Below, piece after piece: positions 1 to 9,029 of a stretch of 40,149 bases of DNA. Source of the DNA: Flavobacteriales bacterium (GTDB lineage Bacteria; Bacteroidota; Bacteroidia; Flavobacteriales_F; PHOS-HE28); NCBI GenBank assembly GCA_040383865.1, contig JBEICT010000003.1, positions 1-40,149 of the forward strand, given 5' to 3'. Under the pieces are notes generated by a model. That model did not search any database and had not been told where the DNA came from. It saw nothing but the letters and a program-made list of their open reading frames with translations. Each line of letters starts with the position of its first letter. Position 1 is the first letter of the stretch. The position numbers and the translations under genes were made by a program.

Positions 1-130
1 GCACCACCAAGAGGGTGCCGGGGTCCTTGCCGAAATCGGGCGGCACGGGGTCCTGGTCGCGGAACACCTTCTGTGCGGAGGCGGCGGTGGTGAATACGAG
101 GAGCAGTGCGATGAGCGTGTTGCGGAGCAT
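1..130 (-). CDS. 5' part of a secreted hypothetical protein (runs off window start)
   Basis: ATG at 130 on minus strand gives MLRNTLIALLLVFTTAASAQKVFRDQDPVPPDFGKDPGTLLVV, a signal peptide ending ASA-Q typical of Bacteroidota; not in the ORF track because truncated. Confidence 0.65.
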   Translation of the reverse strand, partial: MLRNTLIALLLVFTTAASAQKVFRDQDPVPPDFGKDPGTLLVV

Positions 131-366
131 GGGTGTGGTCTGTTGTTCGCCGATGTACGCGGATGACGTTCCGTTCATGGCCGCACGAAATTAGATGAGC
201 TTTACTGCAAGCAAATGTGTTCTTACGCCAAATGCGGAGCACCTCAGCGCCATCTTGCCCACTTGGGCATGCATGGCATGGGGCAGCAATAAATGAACAT
301 TCCGGAGTTACATACCTCCTTCATTGCTTCGCCCTACCTTTTCCGCACCATATAGTGAATACCCCC

Positions 367-858
367 ATGCTCAAACGCATCCTGCTCATCCTCCTCTCCC
401 TCTTCGTGGTGTCCCAGTTCTTCCGCCCGGATCGCAGCGTACCCGCCTTTTCCGACAGCACCGACCTGCTGGCCATGACCAATGCCCCGGCCGAGATCCG
501 CACCTTGGTCACCGGTGCGTGCTACGACTGTCACAGCTACCAGAGCACCTACCCTTGGTATGCCGCCATCACTCCGGTGAACTACTGGCTGCAGGACCAC
601 ATCAACGAAGCGCGGCACGAAATGAACTTCAGCCTCTGGGACACGTACGCCACCAGCAAGCACGCCGCCGATCTGAGCGAGGAGGTGCGCGAGGGCCACA
701 TGCCTCCGGGCAATTACCGCTTCATGCACGCCCATGCGCAGCTCACCCCTGAGCAGCAACAGCAGTTGGCCACCTGGTTCGATGGTGTGGTGGCCTCGGC
801 CGGAGGTTCTACTTCAGGTGCCAGTGAGCAGCATGAAGGAGAGATACAACGACATTGA
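367..858 (+). CDS. heme-binding domain protein (Haem_bd-like monoheme c-type cytochrome)
   Basis: N-terminal hydrophobic anchor MLKRILLILLSLFVV; ACYDCHS (CxxCH), YPWYA, NFSLW and MPP (distal Met ligand); start trimmed from 217 to ATG 367. Confidence 0.85.
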   Translation: MLKRILLILLSLFVVSQFFRPDRSVPAFSDSTDLLAMTNAPAEIRTLVTGACYDCHSYQSTYPWYAAITPVNYWLQDHINEARHEMNFSLWDTYATSKHAADLSEEVREGHMPPGNYRFMHAHAQLTPEQQQQLATWFDGVVASAGGSTSGASEQHEGEIQRH

Positions 859-953
859 GGTGAGGTATCCGATCATGGTGATCGACCGCACGAGCGGAAT
901 AGGGTGAGGATGTCGTTCGCTCGTTGAATTGAACTGTTAGTGCTGAGAAACAG

Positions 954-980
954 AAGGCCCGGCAGAACGCCGGGCCTTTC
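954..980. terminator. probable bidirectional intrinsic terminator
   Basis: perfect 10-bp stem AAGGCCCGGC-agaac-GCCGGGCCTT followed by TC, between convergent genes. Confidence 0.75.
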
Positions 981-1001
981 GTCGTTATAGGTCAGTTCAG
1001 A

Positions 1002-3143
1002 TCACTCCTTCACGAAGCGGCCCAGCAGGGTGCCGTTGTCGGAGCGCAGCAGGTAGATGCCGGGGGCCAGTGCCGCCACGGAAATGGTGGCCTGTGCTGT
1101 GCCGTTCACGCCATACACGGCCACCAAGCGGCCTTGGGCGTCCAGCACCTGCAATTGTTTCAGGCCCGTGGCGGGCTGCACGGTAAGGGTGGTGGTGGAG
1201 GGTATGGGCCAGAGGTGCGTGGTGGCCACAGAGGCACTTTCCACACCCGTGGTGATGTCGGCCTCCACACAAATGGTGAAGGTGCCCGCCTGTTCGCCAC
1301 CGCCGTTCCACAGGCGCAGGTACAGGTCGGTGTTGGCGGGCGCGCCGGATACGTTCACGGGTTCGGTGACGTCCGTCCAGCAGGTGATGTACTCGCCGTT
1401 GCAGGCGTTGTACAGCGCGGCGTTGATGGTGGTGGCGCCCACGGCCTGTAGCAGGATGTCGAAGCTGGCCGCCCAGCCGGTGTTGAAGGTGTACCACACA
1501 TCGTTGATGGGGGCGAAGGGGTCGCAGGGCGGGTTGGGCAGGGCTGGAGCGTACGCGCACACGGTGGTGCCGGTGCTGGCCTCGCAACCACCAATAGGTT
1601 GGATGTCGATGACGGTGGCGGTGGCGCAATCGTCATTGGCCACCGGGGTGCAGCCGGGGGCACAGGTCATGGCCAGGCTGAACGCGCCCTGTGCATCGCC
1701 ATATCCATGCACGTACACGAAGTAGGTGGTGCCGTTGGTGCTGAGGAAGATGGCCTCGCTGCTGTTGTCGGCGCAGCCGGGGGCATCGTCGTTGCCGGCC
1801 ACGCAGGTGAAGGCCCCGCAAGTGCCGGTGAACACACTGATCTTGGTGTCGTAGGTGGCGTTGCCGCAGGTGCTCAGGGTCACCTCCTCGCCGGTGCCGG
1901 TGAAGGTGTACCACAGGCCGCGGGTGGTGATATCGGCCGAGCCGCAGGTGGGCGCATCGGCTTGCAGGCCCAGGGTGGTGTTGCCCTGCACGTTCTGGCC
2001 GCAGCCAATGGCAATAGCGCCGTTGCATCCCGCGTTGGGGGCCAATGGCTCGCTGAGGGTGATGAAACCGATGGGGCCGGTGGTGCTCTCTTCCTTGCCA
2101 CAGCTCTGGGTCACGTACACCTGGTAGGCGGTACCGAGCTCAAGGCCATCGAAGTACACGGGCGGTCCGTCGGTACCGGTGGTGCCACTGATCACGGTGC
2201 CGGTGCCGGGGGTGAAGCCGCTGGGGCCGTATTCCACGAAGAACGCGGTGCCTTCCAAGCCGCTGTCCCAGTCCACTTCGGCATTGGTGTCCAGTGCGCT
2301 CACGCTCACATTGGTGGGCGCGGGGCAGTTGCTGCATGTCATGGCCAGTTCGTAGCTCCCGGTCTGGCCATCGTAGCCCTGCACCAGCACGTAGTAGGTG
2401 TTGTTGGCGGTGGCATCGAAGATCACTTCGGAGCAGAGCACGCCGGGGGCATCATCGTTGCCTACCACGCACACCAGTTCGGCACAGCTGCCGCTATAAA
2501 CGTTGAGGCGGGTGTCGTAGCCGGAGCCGGGGCAGGTGCTGAGGGTGATCTGCCCTTCCACGCCGCTGAAGGTGTACCACTCGCCGGCGGCCTGTATCTC
2601 GGTGTCGCACTCGGGAGCGCCATCGCCCGTGGCATCGGCGGTGCTGCCGGTCACGGTCTGTCCGCAGGCAATGGGCAGCGCGCCCTGGCAGGCATCCTCG
2701 GTGATGGGCCCGCATTCCACGGCCAGTGTGAAGTCTCCAGTGAGCCCGTTGTAACCCTGCACCAGCACATAGTAGGTGACATCCTGAACGGCCACGAACG
2801 AAACGCTGCTCTGGAGCTCGCACGCATCATCGTTGCCGGTTAGGCAATCGAAGGTGCCGCAGGCCCCGGTGTACACGTTCAGTTTGGTGTCGTAGGCGGT
2901 GCCCACGCAGGTGCTGATGGTCAGCTGTTCATTGCTGCCCTGCAGCACATACCACACGCCGGGCGCGGTCACGTTCGTGCCGCAGTTGAGGACAATGTCG
3001 TCCGTGGCCTCCGTGGTGGTGCCGGTGTACGTGCCGCCGCACGCCACGGGGATGGCGTTGGCGCAGGCGTTGTTGGCGGGCTGGGCCATGGCACCCAAGG
3101 CCGAAAGGAAGAACAGCAGTGACAGGGCGTAGTGTCCGAACAT
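1002..3143 (-). CDS. T9SS type A CTD secreted protein with repeated Cys-rich beta-sandwich modules and an FN3-like domain
   Basis: signal peptide ending AMA-Q; 3 clear plus 1 degenerate ~120-aa repeats (ACG..TG.T...G.WY...STC...YDT...Y.G.C....C..GNDDA); CPAPTN...VEYGPSGFTPGTG FN3-like unit; C-terminal HLWPIPSTTTL...LAPGIYLLR...RFVKE. Confidence 0.85.
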   Translation of the reverse strand: MFGHYALSLLFFLSALGAMAQPANNACANAIPVACGGTYTGTTTEATDDIVLNCGTNVTAPGVWYVLQGSNEQLTISTCVGTAYDTKLNVYTGACGTFDCLTGNDDACELQSSVSFVAVQDVTYYVLVQGYNGLTGDFTLAVECGPITEDACQGALPIACGQTVTGSTADATGDGAPECDTEIQAAGEWYTFSGVEGQITLSTCPGSGYDTRLNVYSGSCAELVCVVGNDDAPGVLCSEVIFDATANNTYYVLVQGYDGQTGSYELAMTCSNCPAPTNVSVSALDTNAEVDWDSGLEGTAFFVEYGPSGFTPGTGTVISGTTGTDGPPVYFDGLELGTAYQVYVTQSCGKEESTTGPIGFITLSEPLAPNAGCNGAIAIGCGQNVQGNTTLGLQADAPTCGSADITTRGLWYTFTGTGEEVTLSTCGNATYDTKISVFTGTCGAFTCVAGNDDAPGCADNSSEAIFLSTNGTTYFVYVHGYGDAQGAFSLAMTCAPGCTPVANDDCATATVIDIQPIGGCEASTGTTVCAYAPALPNPPCDPFAPINDVWYTFNTGWAASFDILLQAVGATTINAALYNACNGEYITCWTDVTEPVNVSGAPANTDLYLRLWNGGGEQAGTFTICVEADITTGVESASVATTHLWPIPSTTTLTVQPATGLKQLQVLDAQGRLVAVYGVNGTAQATISVAALAPGIYLLRSDNGTLLGRFVKE

Positions 3144-3209
3144 GCGGAAAAGAGATAAGGTGTGCGACGAAGATACCCGAGCGGCGCTACCGGGCAAGGC
3201 GTTGGCGCA

Positions 3210-3956
3210 TCAGCTCTTCTTCTTTCGAAGCTTCACCTTGTCGGGGTCCTCGTGGAAGTAGTAACGGAGGTCCACCGTGAGGTAGGTGCCAATGAGGTCG
3301 GCGCGCATGTTATAGGGGAAGAAGTTGGGGCCATAGTAGGTAAGCTCGGCCACAGCATTGGGACTGAAGGTGCGGTGGTAGGTGGCCCCCAGGTAGAACA
3401 TGCCGCTCTTGCGGGTCCGGTATTCCACGCCCAGATTGGCCAGCACAGCGAACTGCGCCCAATTGTAGCGGTAGAAATAGGCACGGCCCTCTTCCACATC
3501 GCGCTGCACATCACTGGGGTAGAAATCGATGGACCCGCCCAGCGCAGTGTTCATCCACAACTGTTCGCCCAAGCGGATGTATACCAGCCCGGCCAAAGGC
3601 AGTTCGTAGCCGATAAAGCGGATGTCGTTGCCCTCACTATAACCGCTGGTATCGTTGGTAATACCGAAGTTGTAGCGCCGGGTGATCTGTCCCAGACCGG
3701 TCTCCAAGGAGAACATGTCGCTGATGCCTATGCGCACCGACATGCTGAAGGCCATGCCCCCGTTCAGCTCCACGGTTCCGCTGAGCGCGGGCCTCTCAAA
3801 GGTGGTGAGCGGGTCGAAGAACTCCAACGGCAGCACAGGCTTTACCTGAATGCCGAAGGTGGTGACCCCGCGCTGCGCCCAAGTGGAGGTACTGCATGGC
3901 AGACCCAGGGCCACCATGACGAAGGAGGTGAGGTACTGACGGGTGCGCGGGACCAT
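3210..3956 (-). CDS. putative outer-membrane beta-barrel protein
   Basis: signal peptide (..TWA-Q), alternating amphipathic strands, YELPLAGLVYIRL motif, terminal strand LTVDLRYYF. Confidence 0.6.
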   Translation of the reverse strand: MVPRTRQYLTSFVMVALGLPCSTSTWAQRGVTTFGIQVKPVLPLEFFDPLTTFERPALSGTVELNGGMAFSMSVRIGISDMFSLETGLGQITRRYNFGITNDTSGYSEGNDIRFIGYELPLAGLVYIRLGEQLWMNTALGGSIDFYPSDVQRDVEEGRAYFYRYNWAQFAVLANLGVEYRTRKSGMFYLGATYHRTFSPNAVAELTYYGPNFFPYNMRADLIGTYLTVDLRYYFHEDPDKVKLRKKKS

Positions 3957-4039
3957 GCCGGCAAAGATGCGTTACACCAGCGGGTCGTGCACGTCATGGG
4001 GCGGGCAACGGTATGGCGAGGTCAGGCAACGCGAAAACA

Positions 4040-4375
4040 CTACCGGAAGTGAGTGAGGATGAGGCCTGCGATGGCCAGCAGGACCACCAAGCCCACGAAC
4101 CCGAGCACCACCCAACGCAACAACCCATCGGCTATGAAGGGCTTGCGGTGCCGCCCAAGCACGGAGTAATTGAGGCGCACGGCCTGCTCGCGGTGCCGCT
4201 GTTTCACCCCCACGAGGAACGGCGGTCCGCCATCCCCATCGCGCTCATGCCCGATACCGGCCTGGTCCAGCGCCTGCGCGAACTCGCCCGCCATGCCCTC
4301 GGTGGGAAAGCGGAACACGATCCAGTTCGCGTCCTCAGGATGGTCGTCGTAGTTGGTGATATTGAGGATGGCCAT
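4040..4375 (-). CDS. hypothetical protein with C-terminal transmembrane helix
   Basis: 111-aa ORF with genome-like codon use; C-terminal WVVLGFVGLVVLLAIAGLIL. Confidence 0.65.
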   Translation of the reverse strand: MAILNITNYDDHPEDANWIVFRFPTEGMAGEFAQALDQAGIGHERDGDGGPPFLVGVKQRHREQAVRLNYSVLGRHRKPFIADGLLRWVVLGFVGLVVLLAIAGLILTHFR

Positions 4376-4393
4376 GGGATTGGGAAGAGAAAA

Positions 4394-4560
4394 GGTTCAA
4401 GCTACAAGGTCCAGGCTTCAAGCTTCAAGCGACAAGTGTTACGAACAGCAGGGGCAGGGCAGTGGACGTGTGAAGATGGAACCATGGGTCTTGACCCTTG
4501 AGCCTTTGAGCTTTAGCCTTAATGCTTGGGTCGTTGAGATTGGAACTTGACGCTTGCGTC
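4394..4560. repeat. inverted pair of degenerate heptamer tandem arrays
   Basis: 6 units GnnnCAA at 4394-4435 (ggttcaa gctacaa ggtccag gcttcaa gcttcaa gcgacaa) and 10 in-phase units TTGnnnC at 4491-4560 (ttgaccc ttgagcc tttgagc tttagcc ttaatgc ttgggtc gttgaga ttggaac ttgacgc ttgcgtc). Confidence 0.8.
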
Positions 4561-4569
4561 CCCGCGCCT

Positions 4570-5154
4570 TTACTGTTCCCATTTCACCACGTGCTCCAAC
4601 GGCTTGCGATATCCCTTTGGCCATTCAATGCCGGGGTAGCCGATGAAGAAGAGCCCCATGGCCTGGTCGTTGGGCCCCAGGCCGAGGTGGTCGCGCATGG
4701 CAGGTCCGGTCATGGGGCCGCCGGTGGCCCAGAACGCGCCCAGGCCGTAGGCGGTACAGGTGAGGTGCATGTTCTGCACGGCACAGGCCACGGCGAGCAG
4801 CTCGTCGCGCTCGTTGATCTTGCCGGCGGGGTCGCGGGCCATGCCGATGGCGATGACCACGCTGCTCTGGAGCGGCCGCTGCGTGATGTTCTCGAACTTC
4901 CGTTGCATGAACTTGTCGGGCGGCGTATTGGCGCGGTACACCTCGCCGAGAAAGGCGCTGAGGCGTTCGCGGGCGGCACCTGTGTACACGGTGAAGCGCC
5001 AGGGCTGCGTCATGCCGTGCGTGGGCGCCCAGGTGGCGTTGGTGAGCACACGCTCCACGATCTCGCGGTGAACCACGCGGTCGGTGTGGTCCTTGGGGTA
5101 AATGGTGCGACGGTGGCGGATGAGATCGGAGATCTCGCTGACACTGAATTTCAT
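4570..5154 (-). CDS. nitroreductase family protein (YdjA-like)
   Basis: IRHRRTI, ATWAPTHGMTQPWRF, AVACAVQNMHL...GLGAFW, FFIGYP motifs; start trimmed to ATG 5154. Confidence 0.9.
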   Translation of the reverse strand: MKFSVSEISDLIRHRRTIYPKDHTDRVVHREIVERVLTNATWAPTHGMTQPWRFTVYTGAARERLSAFLGEVYRANTPPDKFMQRKFENITQRPLQSSVVIAIGMARDPAGKINERDELLAVACAVQNMHLTCTAYGLGAFWATGGPMTGPAMRDHLGLGPNDQAMGLFFIGYPGIEWPKGYRKPLEHVVKWEQ

Positions 5155-5262
5155 GGCTGTGGTGGTGCAAAGAGAAGCGATCGGCGGGTGCGTTCGACGG
5201 GGGAGGCAGCGAACGGGTCCGCACCAGTGTCTTATCTTCAGCACCGAAACCGAACCTGCACA

Positions 5263-6276
5263 ATGCGCATATCCTCATTACTCTCCGCAACGCTTTTCAC
5301 CGCGCTGGCCGCACAGGCCCAGTCGCCCACGATCAATGCCGGCAACAATACGCCAGCGGCCGGCCAGATCATCGATGTGTTCACCCAACCCACGTGGACC
5401 TTGCCTGGCGGTACCGGTGAGGACATCGACTACGGGTTCTGGATGCTCGACTCCACCGGCCAGAAGAACTTGAAGTACCTCGCCCCCTCGGTGACCTCTT
5501 CGTCCAACGCCGTACCCGGAACGAACCTGCTGTTCACCGACGGCGGCAGCGATACCACCTTCTATGTGTACTCCAGCACCGGGGTGAAGATCTTGGGCCA
5601 GCGCAGTCCGCTGGAGGGGCTGTTCGCCTACAGCGACCCCGCACAGGAGCTGGTCTACCCCTGCACCTTCGGCACCACGTGGACCGATGCGGTGGGCGCC
5701 ACTTACAACACCCAGTTGGGCCCCGCCACCCGCGTGGGCACCATCACCGGAATTGCCGATGGCTACGGTACGCTGCAACTGCCCGAGGACCTGGTGCCCA
5801 ACGTGCTGCGCGTGAAAGTGCGCCGCAACTACACGGACCAGGCCACCATTGGCACTGTGAACCGCATCAGCACCACCTACTTCTTCTTCACGGAGAACGA
5901 GGTGCATCCCGTGCTGCGCTTGCAGGAGGATTCCGTGAGCATCAACGGTGGTGCCTACAGCGTGCAAAAAGGCGCCCAGTGGATGTTCGGTCCGGGCAAC
6001 GTGGGCATCATCGACCACGCGGCCGTGCGCTTCAACGCCTACCCCAACCCGGTGGCCGATATGCTGGTGCTCGATCTGGCCGGTGTGGAAAGCACCGTCA
6101 CCAATGTTACCATTGTGGATGCCCTCGGCGCCATGGTGCTGCAGCAGGGTGTGAACGCCGGTGCCGCGAATAGCATGCTCACGTTGGACCTGGGCGGTTT
6201 GTCCGCCGGCCTTTACACGGTGAACCTCCTCAGCGAGGGCCGTGTGCTGGGCAACCGCCGCGTGGTGGTGCGCTGA
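5263..6276 (+). CDS. T9SS type A CTD secreted protein
   Basis: signal peptide MRISSLLSATLFTALAAQA-Q; ADGYGTLQLP...VLRVK beta-rich core; CTD FNAYPNPVAD...LSAGLYTVNL...RRVVVR. Confidence 0.85.
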   Translation: MRISSLLSATLFTALAAQAQSPTINAGNNTPAAGQIIDVFTQPTWTLPGGTGEDIDYGFWMLDSTGQKNLKYLAPSVTSSSNAVPGTNLLFTDGGSDTTFYVYSSTGVKILGQRSPLEGLFAYSDPAQELVYPCTFGTTWTDAVGATYNTQLGPATRVGTITGIADGYGTLQLPEDLVPNVLRVKVRRNYTDQATIGTVNRISTTYFFFTENEVHPVLRLQEDSVSINGGAYSVQKGAQWMFGPGNVGIIDHAAVRFNAYPNPVADMLVLDLAGVESTVTNVTIVDALGAMVLQQGVNAGAANSMLTLDLGGLSAGLYTVNLLSEGRVLGNRRVVVR

Positions 6277-6295
6277 TCGGATATCGCTTGCCGAT

Positions 6296-6323
6296 AAAGC
6301 CCCGTCCTTGATGGCGGGGCTTT
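6296..6323 (+). terminator. intrinsic terminator
   Basis: AAAGCCCCGTC-cttgat-GGCGGGGCTTT hairpin ~20 nt after stop, followed by GTCATTT. Confidence 0.7.
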
Positions 6324-6383
6324 GTCATTTGGTCGATCCGACGAACAGAGGCGGGTTCGCGGTGTTACTTTCATTCCTCACCC

Positions 6384-7475
6384 ATGCTCGGCCACCGCTT
6401 CAGCAAGTTCATTCCCCCGCAGGACGATCGCACGCCTTTCGAGAAGCTGCTGCCCTTGTTCCTGGAAATGCTCACCCACACCAGTGGCGATGTGGAGGAA
6501 GCCCTCGATTGGATGGACCAGGTGGACAAGGAGCACGGCCTGTACACTCCGGATTACGGCCGCAAGGAGTTCGAGGCCGACCTGCGCAAGCATGGCATCG
6601 TGGGCGATCGGCCGCGAAAAGGAGGGAAGACACCCCTGACCGGCAAGGCCGAGAAGCTCATCCGGGAGCGTGCGCTGGAACAGGTGTTCGGCAAGTTGAA
6701 GAAAAGCGATCGGGGCAGCCACGGTCTGCGCAAGGCCGGTCCCGGCGATGAAGCCACCAGCGAACGGCGGGCATACCGCTTCGGCGACCGCATTGAGCAG
6801 GTGGCCATGAGCGACAGCATCCGTAATGCCCAGCAGCGCGGAATTGACGAGCTGCACCTGAGCGAGGAGGACCTGGAGGTGATCGAGACCGAGCATCAGA
6901 GCGCTTGCGCCACCGTGCTCATGATCGACATCAGCCACAGCATGATCCTGTACGGCGAGGACCGCATCACCCCGGCCAAGAAAGTGGCCATGGCGCTGGC
7001 CGAGCTGATCAAGCGCCGCTATCCCAAGGACACGCTGGACATCGTGGTGTTCGGCAATGATGCCTGGCAAGTGAGCCTGAAGGACCTGCCCTACCTGCAG
7101 GTGGGGCCCTTCCATACCAACACTGTGGCCGGCCTGGAACTGGCCATGGATATCCTGCGTCGCCGCAAGTTGAAGAACCGCCGTATCGTGATGATCACGG
7201 ACGGCAAGCCGAGCTGCATCAAGCGCGATGGCGAGTACTACATGAACAGTTTCGGGCTGGACGACTTCATTGTGGCCCGCTGCCTCGATGCCGCCATGCG
7301 CGCCCGCAAGGCAGGCATACCCATCACCACCTTCATGATCGCCCGGGACACGTATCTCCAGCAATTCATCGAACGCTTCACCGAGGCCAACCAAGGCCGC
7401 GCCTTCTACACCGGCCTGCAAGGCCTGGCCGACATGGTGTTCCGCGATCACGCTTCCAATCGAAAGGCATCGTAA
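6384..7475 (+). CDS. VWA domain-containing protein
   Basis: MIDAS motif DISHS, TNTVAGL, MITDGKPS; precedes a cognate AAA ATPase. Confidence 0.85.
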   Translation: MLGHRFSKFIPPQDDRTPFEKLLPLFLEMLTHTSGDVEEALDWMDQVDKEHGLYTPDYGRKEFEADLRKHGIVGDRPRKGGKTPLTGKAEKLIRERALEQVFGKLKKSDRGSHGLRKAGPGDEATSERRAYRFGDRIEQVAMSDSIRNAQQRGIDELHLSEEDLEVIETEHQSACATVLMIDISHSMILYGEDRITPAKKVAMALAELIKRRYPKDTLDIVVFGNDAWQVSLKDLPYLQVGPFHTNTVAGLELAMDILRRRKLKNRRIVMITDGKPSCIKRDGEYYMNSFGLDDFIVARCLDAAMRARKAGIPITTFMIARDTYLQQFIERFTEANQGRAFYTGLQGLADMVFRDHASNRKAS

Positions 7476-7517
7476 GATCCAGTGTTCGGGCGCATCATGA
7501 AGCGCCTTCCCTGTCCC

Positions 7518-9023
7518 ATGGAAAAGCTCCCAAGTACCCTCGGCGAACTGAAGCAAAGCGGTTTTCGCCCCCGCAGCGTGAAGGAAGAGCTCCGCTCTAA
7601 CCTCATCGCCCGTATCCGCGCAGGCCAGCCGCTCTTCGAGGGTATCCACGGCTACGAGCATACGGTGGTGCCCGCTCTCGAACGCGCCATCCTCGCCGGG
7701 CACAGCATCAACCTGCTCGGCCTTCGTGGACAGGCCAAGACGCGCATGGCCCGCTCGCTCGTGCAGTTATTGGATGAATGGGTCCCCGTGGTGGCCGGAA
7801 GCGAGATCAACGATGATCCCCTGGCACCCATTTCGCGTCATGCCAAGGACCTTATTGCGCAGCTCGGCGATGCCACGCCCATCGCCTGGCTGCACCGCGA
7901 CCAGCGCTACACCGAGAAGCTAGCCACCCCGGATGTCACCGTGGCCGACCTTATTGGCGACAGCGATCCCATCAAGGCCGCGAACCTCAAGCTCGATTAC
8001 AGCGACGAGCGCGTGATCCATTTCGGCCTGATCCCGCGCAGCCATCGCGGCATCTTCGTGATCAACGAACTGCCCGATCTACAGCCACGCATCCAGGTGG
8101 CGCTCTTCAACATCCTGCAGGAGGGCGATGTGCAGATCCGCGGCTTCAAGTTGCGATTGCCGCTGGATATCCAATTCGTCTTTACCGCCAACCCCGAGGA
8201 CTATACCAATCGCGGAGCCATTATCACCCCGCTGAAGGACCGCATCCAGAGCCAGATCCTTACGCACTATCCACCCACCATCGAGCTGGGCATGCGCATC
8301 ACCGCGCAGGAACTTCGTTCTCCCAAGGAGCAGCTCACCCGGGTGCGCGTGCCCGATCTGCTGCGGGTGCTCATCGAGCGCATTGCTCTGGAAGCACGAG
8401 AGAGCGAGTTCGTGGACCGCAAGAGCGGCGTCAGTGCGCGCCTCACCATCAGTGCCCTCGAGAGCGTGATCAGCGCGGCCGAGCTGCGTGCCCTGCGCAA
8501 TGGCGAGGACCGCACCGTTGCCCGCATTGGAGACCTGCAGGCCGTGGTGCCCGCCATTACCGGCAAGGTGGAGCTCGTTTACGAGGGTGAACAGGAGGGG
8601 CCCGAGAAGGTGGCGCACCACCTGCTGGACCTGGCCATCCGCAATGTGTTCGCGGGCCTGTTCCCCGACCCCGTGAAAGCCCGAAAAAGGGCCAAGGCCG
8701 ATGCCACGGCAGTGCAGCGTTCAGCGGACCCCTACCTCGGCATCGTGGAGCATTTCGACGTGGCACACTGCGATCTGCCTGCTTCCGCCCCCAATGCCGC
8801 CTACACCAAGACCCTGCGCGCCGTACCCGGTCTGCTCGATCTGGTGCGTGCCCGCCACAACTACCTCGATGAGGAGGAGCAGCTCCTGTGGGCGGAGTTC
8901 GTGCTGCACGGCCTGGCCGAGCATAGCCGGATCGGCCGCACAAAGACCTCCGGTGCCGCCCGGTTCGGCGACCTCATGAGCGCCATGCTCAGTGGCGATA
9001 CCGAGGAGGAGGAACTGGGGTGA
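7518..9023 (+). CDS. AAA+ ATPase, magnesium-chelatase/MoxR-like clade
   Basis: Walker A variant GLRGQAKT, Walker B variant IFVINELPDL, FTANPEDY, LKDRI arginine finger, GVSARL sensor II; start could be 7497. Confidence 0.85.
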   Translation: MEKLPSTLGELKQSGFRPRSVKEELRSNLIARIRAGQPLFEGIHGYEHTVVPALERAILAGHSINLLGLRGQAKTRMARSLVQLLDEWVPVVAGSEINDDPLAPISRHAKDLIAQLGDATPIAWLHRDQRYTEKLATPDVTVADLIGDSDPIKAANLKLDYSDERVIHFGLIPRSHRGIFVINELPDLQPRIQVALFNILQEGDVQIRGFKLRLPLDIQFVFTANPEDYTNRGAIITPLKDRIQSQILTHYPPTIELGMRITAQELRSPKEQLTRVRVPDLLRVLIERIALEARESEFVDRKSGVSARLTISALESVISAAELRALRNGEDRTVARIGDLQAVVPAITGKVELVYEGEQEGPEKVAHHLLDLAIRNVFAGLFPDPVKARKRAKADATAVQRSADPYLGIVEHFDVAHCDLPASAPNAAYTKTLRAVPGLLDLVRARHNYLDEEEQLLWAEFVLHGLAEHSRIGRTKTSGAARFGDLMSAMLSGDTEEEELG

Positions 9024-9029
9024 TCGCTC

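Noticed and set aside
1599-2843. 414-aa plus-strand ORF and other long overlapping ORFs (e.g. 6378-7703, 18373-19410, 33550-34896, 35595-36710)
   Set aside because: All lie opposite well-supported genes and lack recognisable domains
4394-4560. heptamer arrays as a CRISPR array
   Set aside because: Units are 7 nt, degenerate, without unique spacers, and no cas genes are present
4522-5262. N-terminal extension of the 584-aa ORF, suggesting a fusion
   Set aside because: It is the antisense of the nitroreductase; the real protein begins at the signal peptide at 5263
7518-9023. chlorophyll magnesium chelatase or sigma54 activator
   Set aside because: No photosynthesis genes, no GAFTGA loop or HTH; only the AAA+ clade is supported
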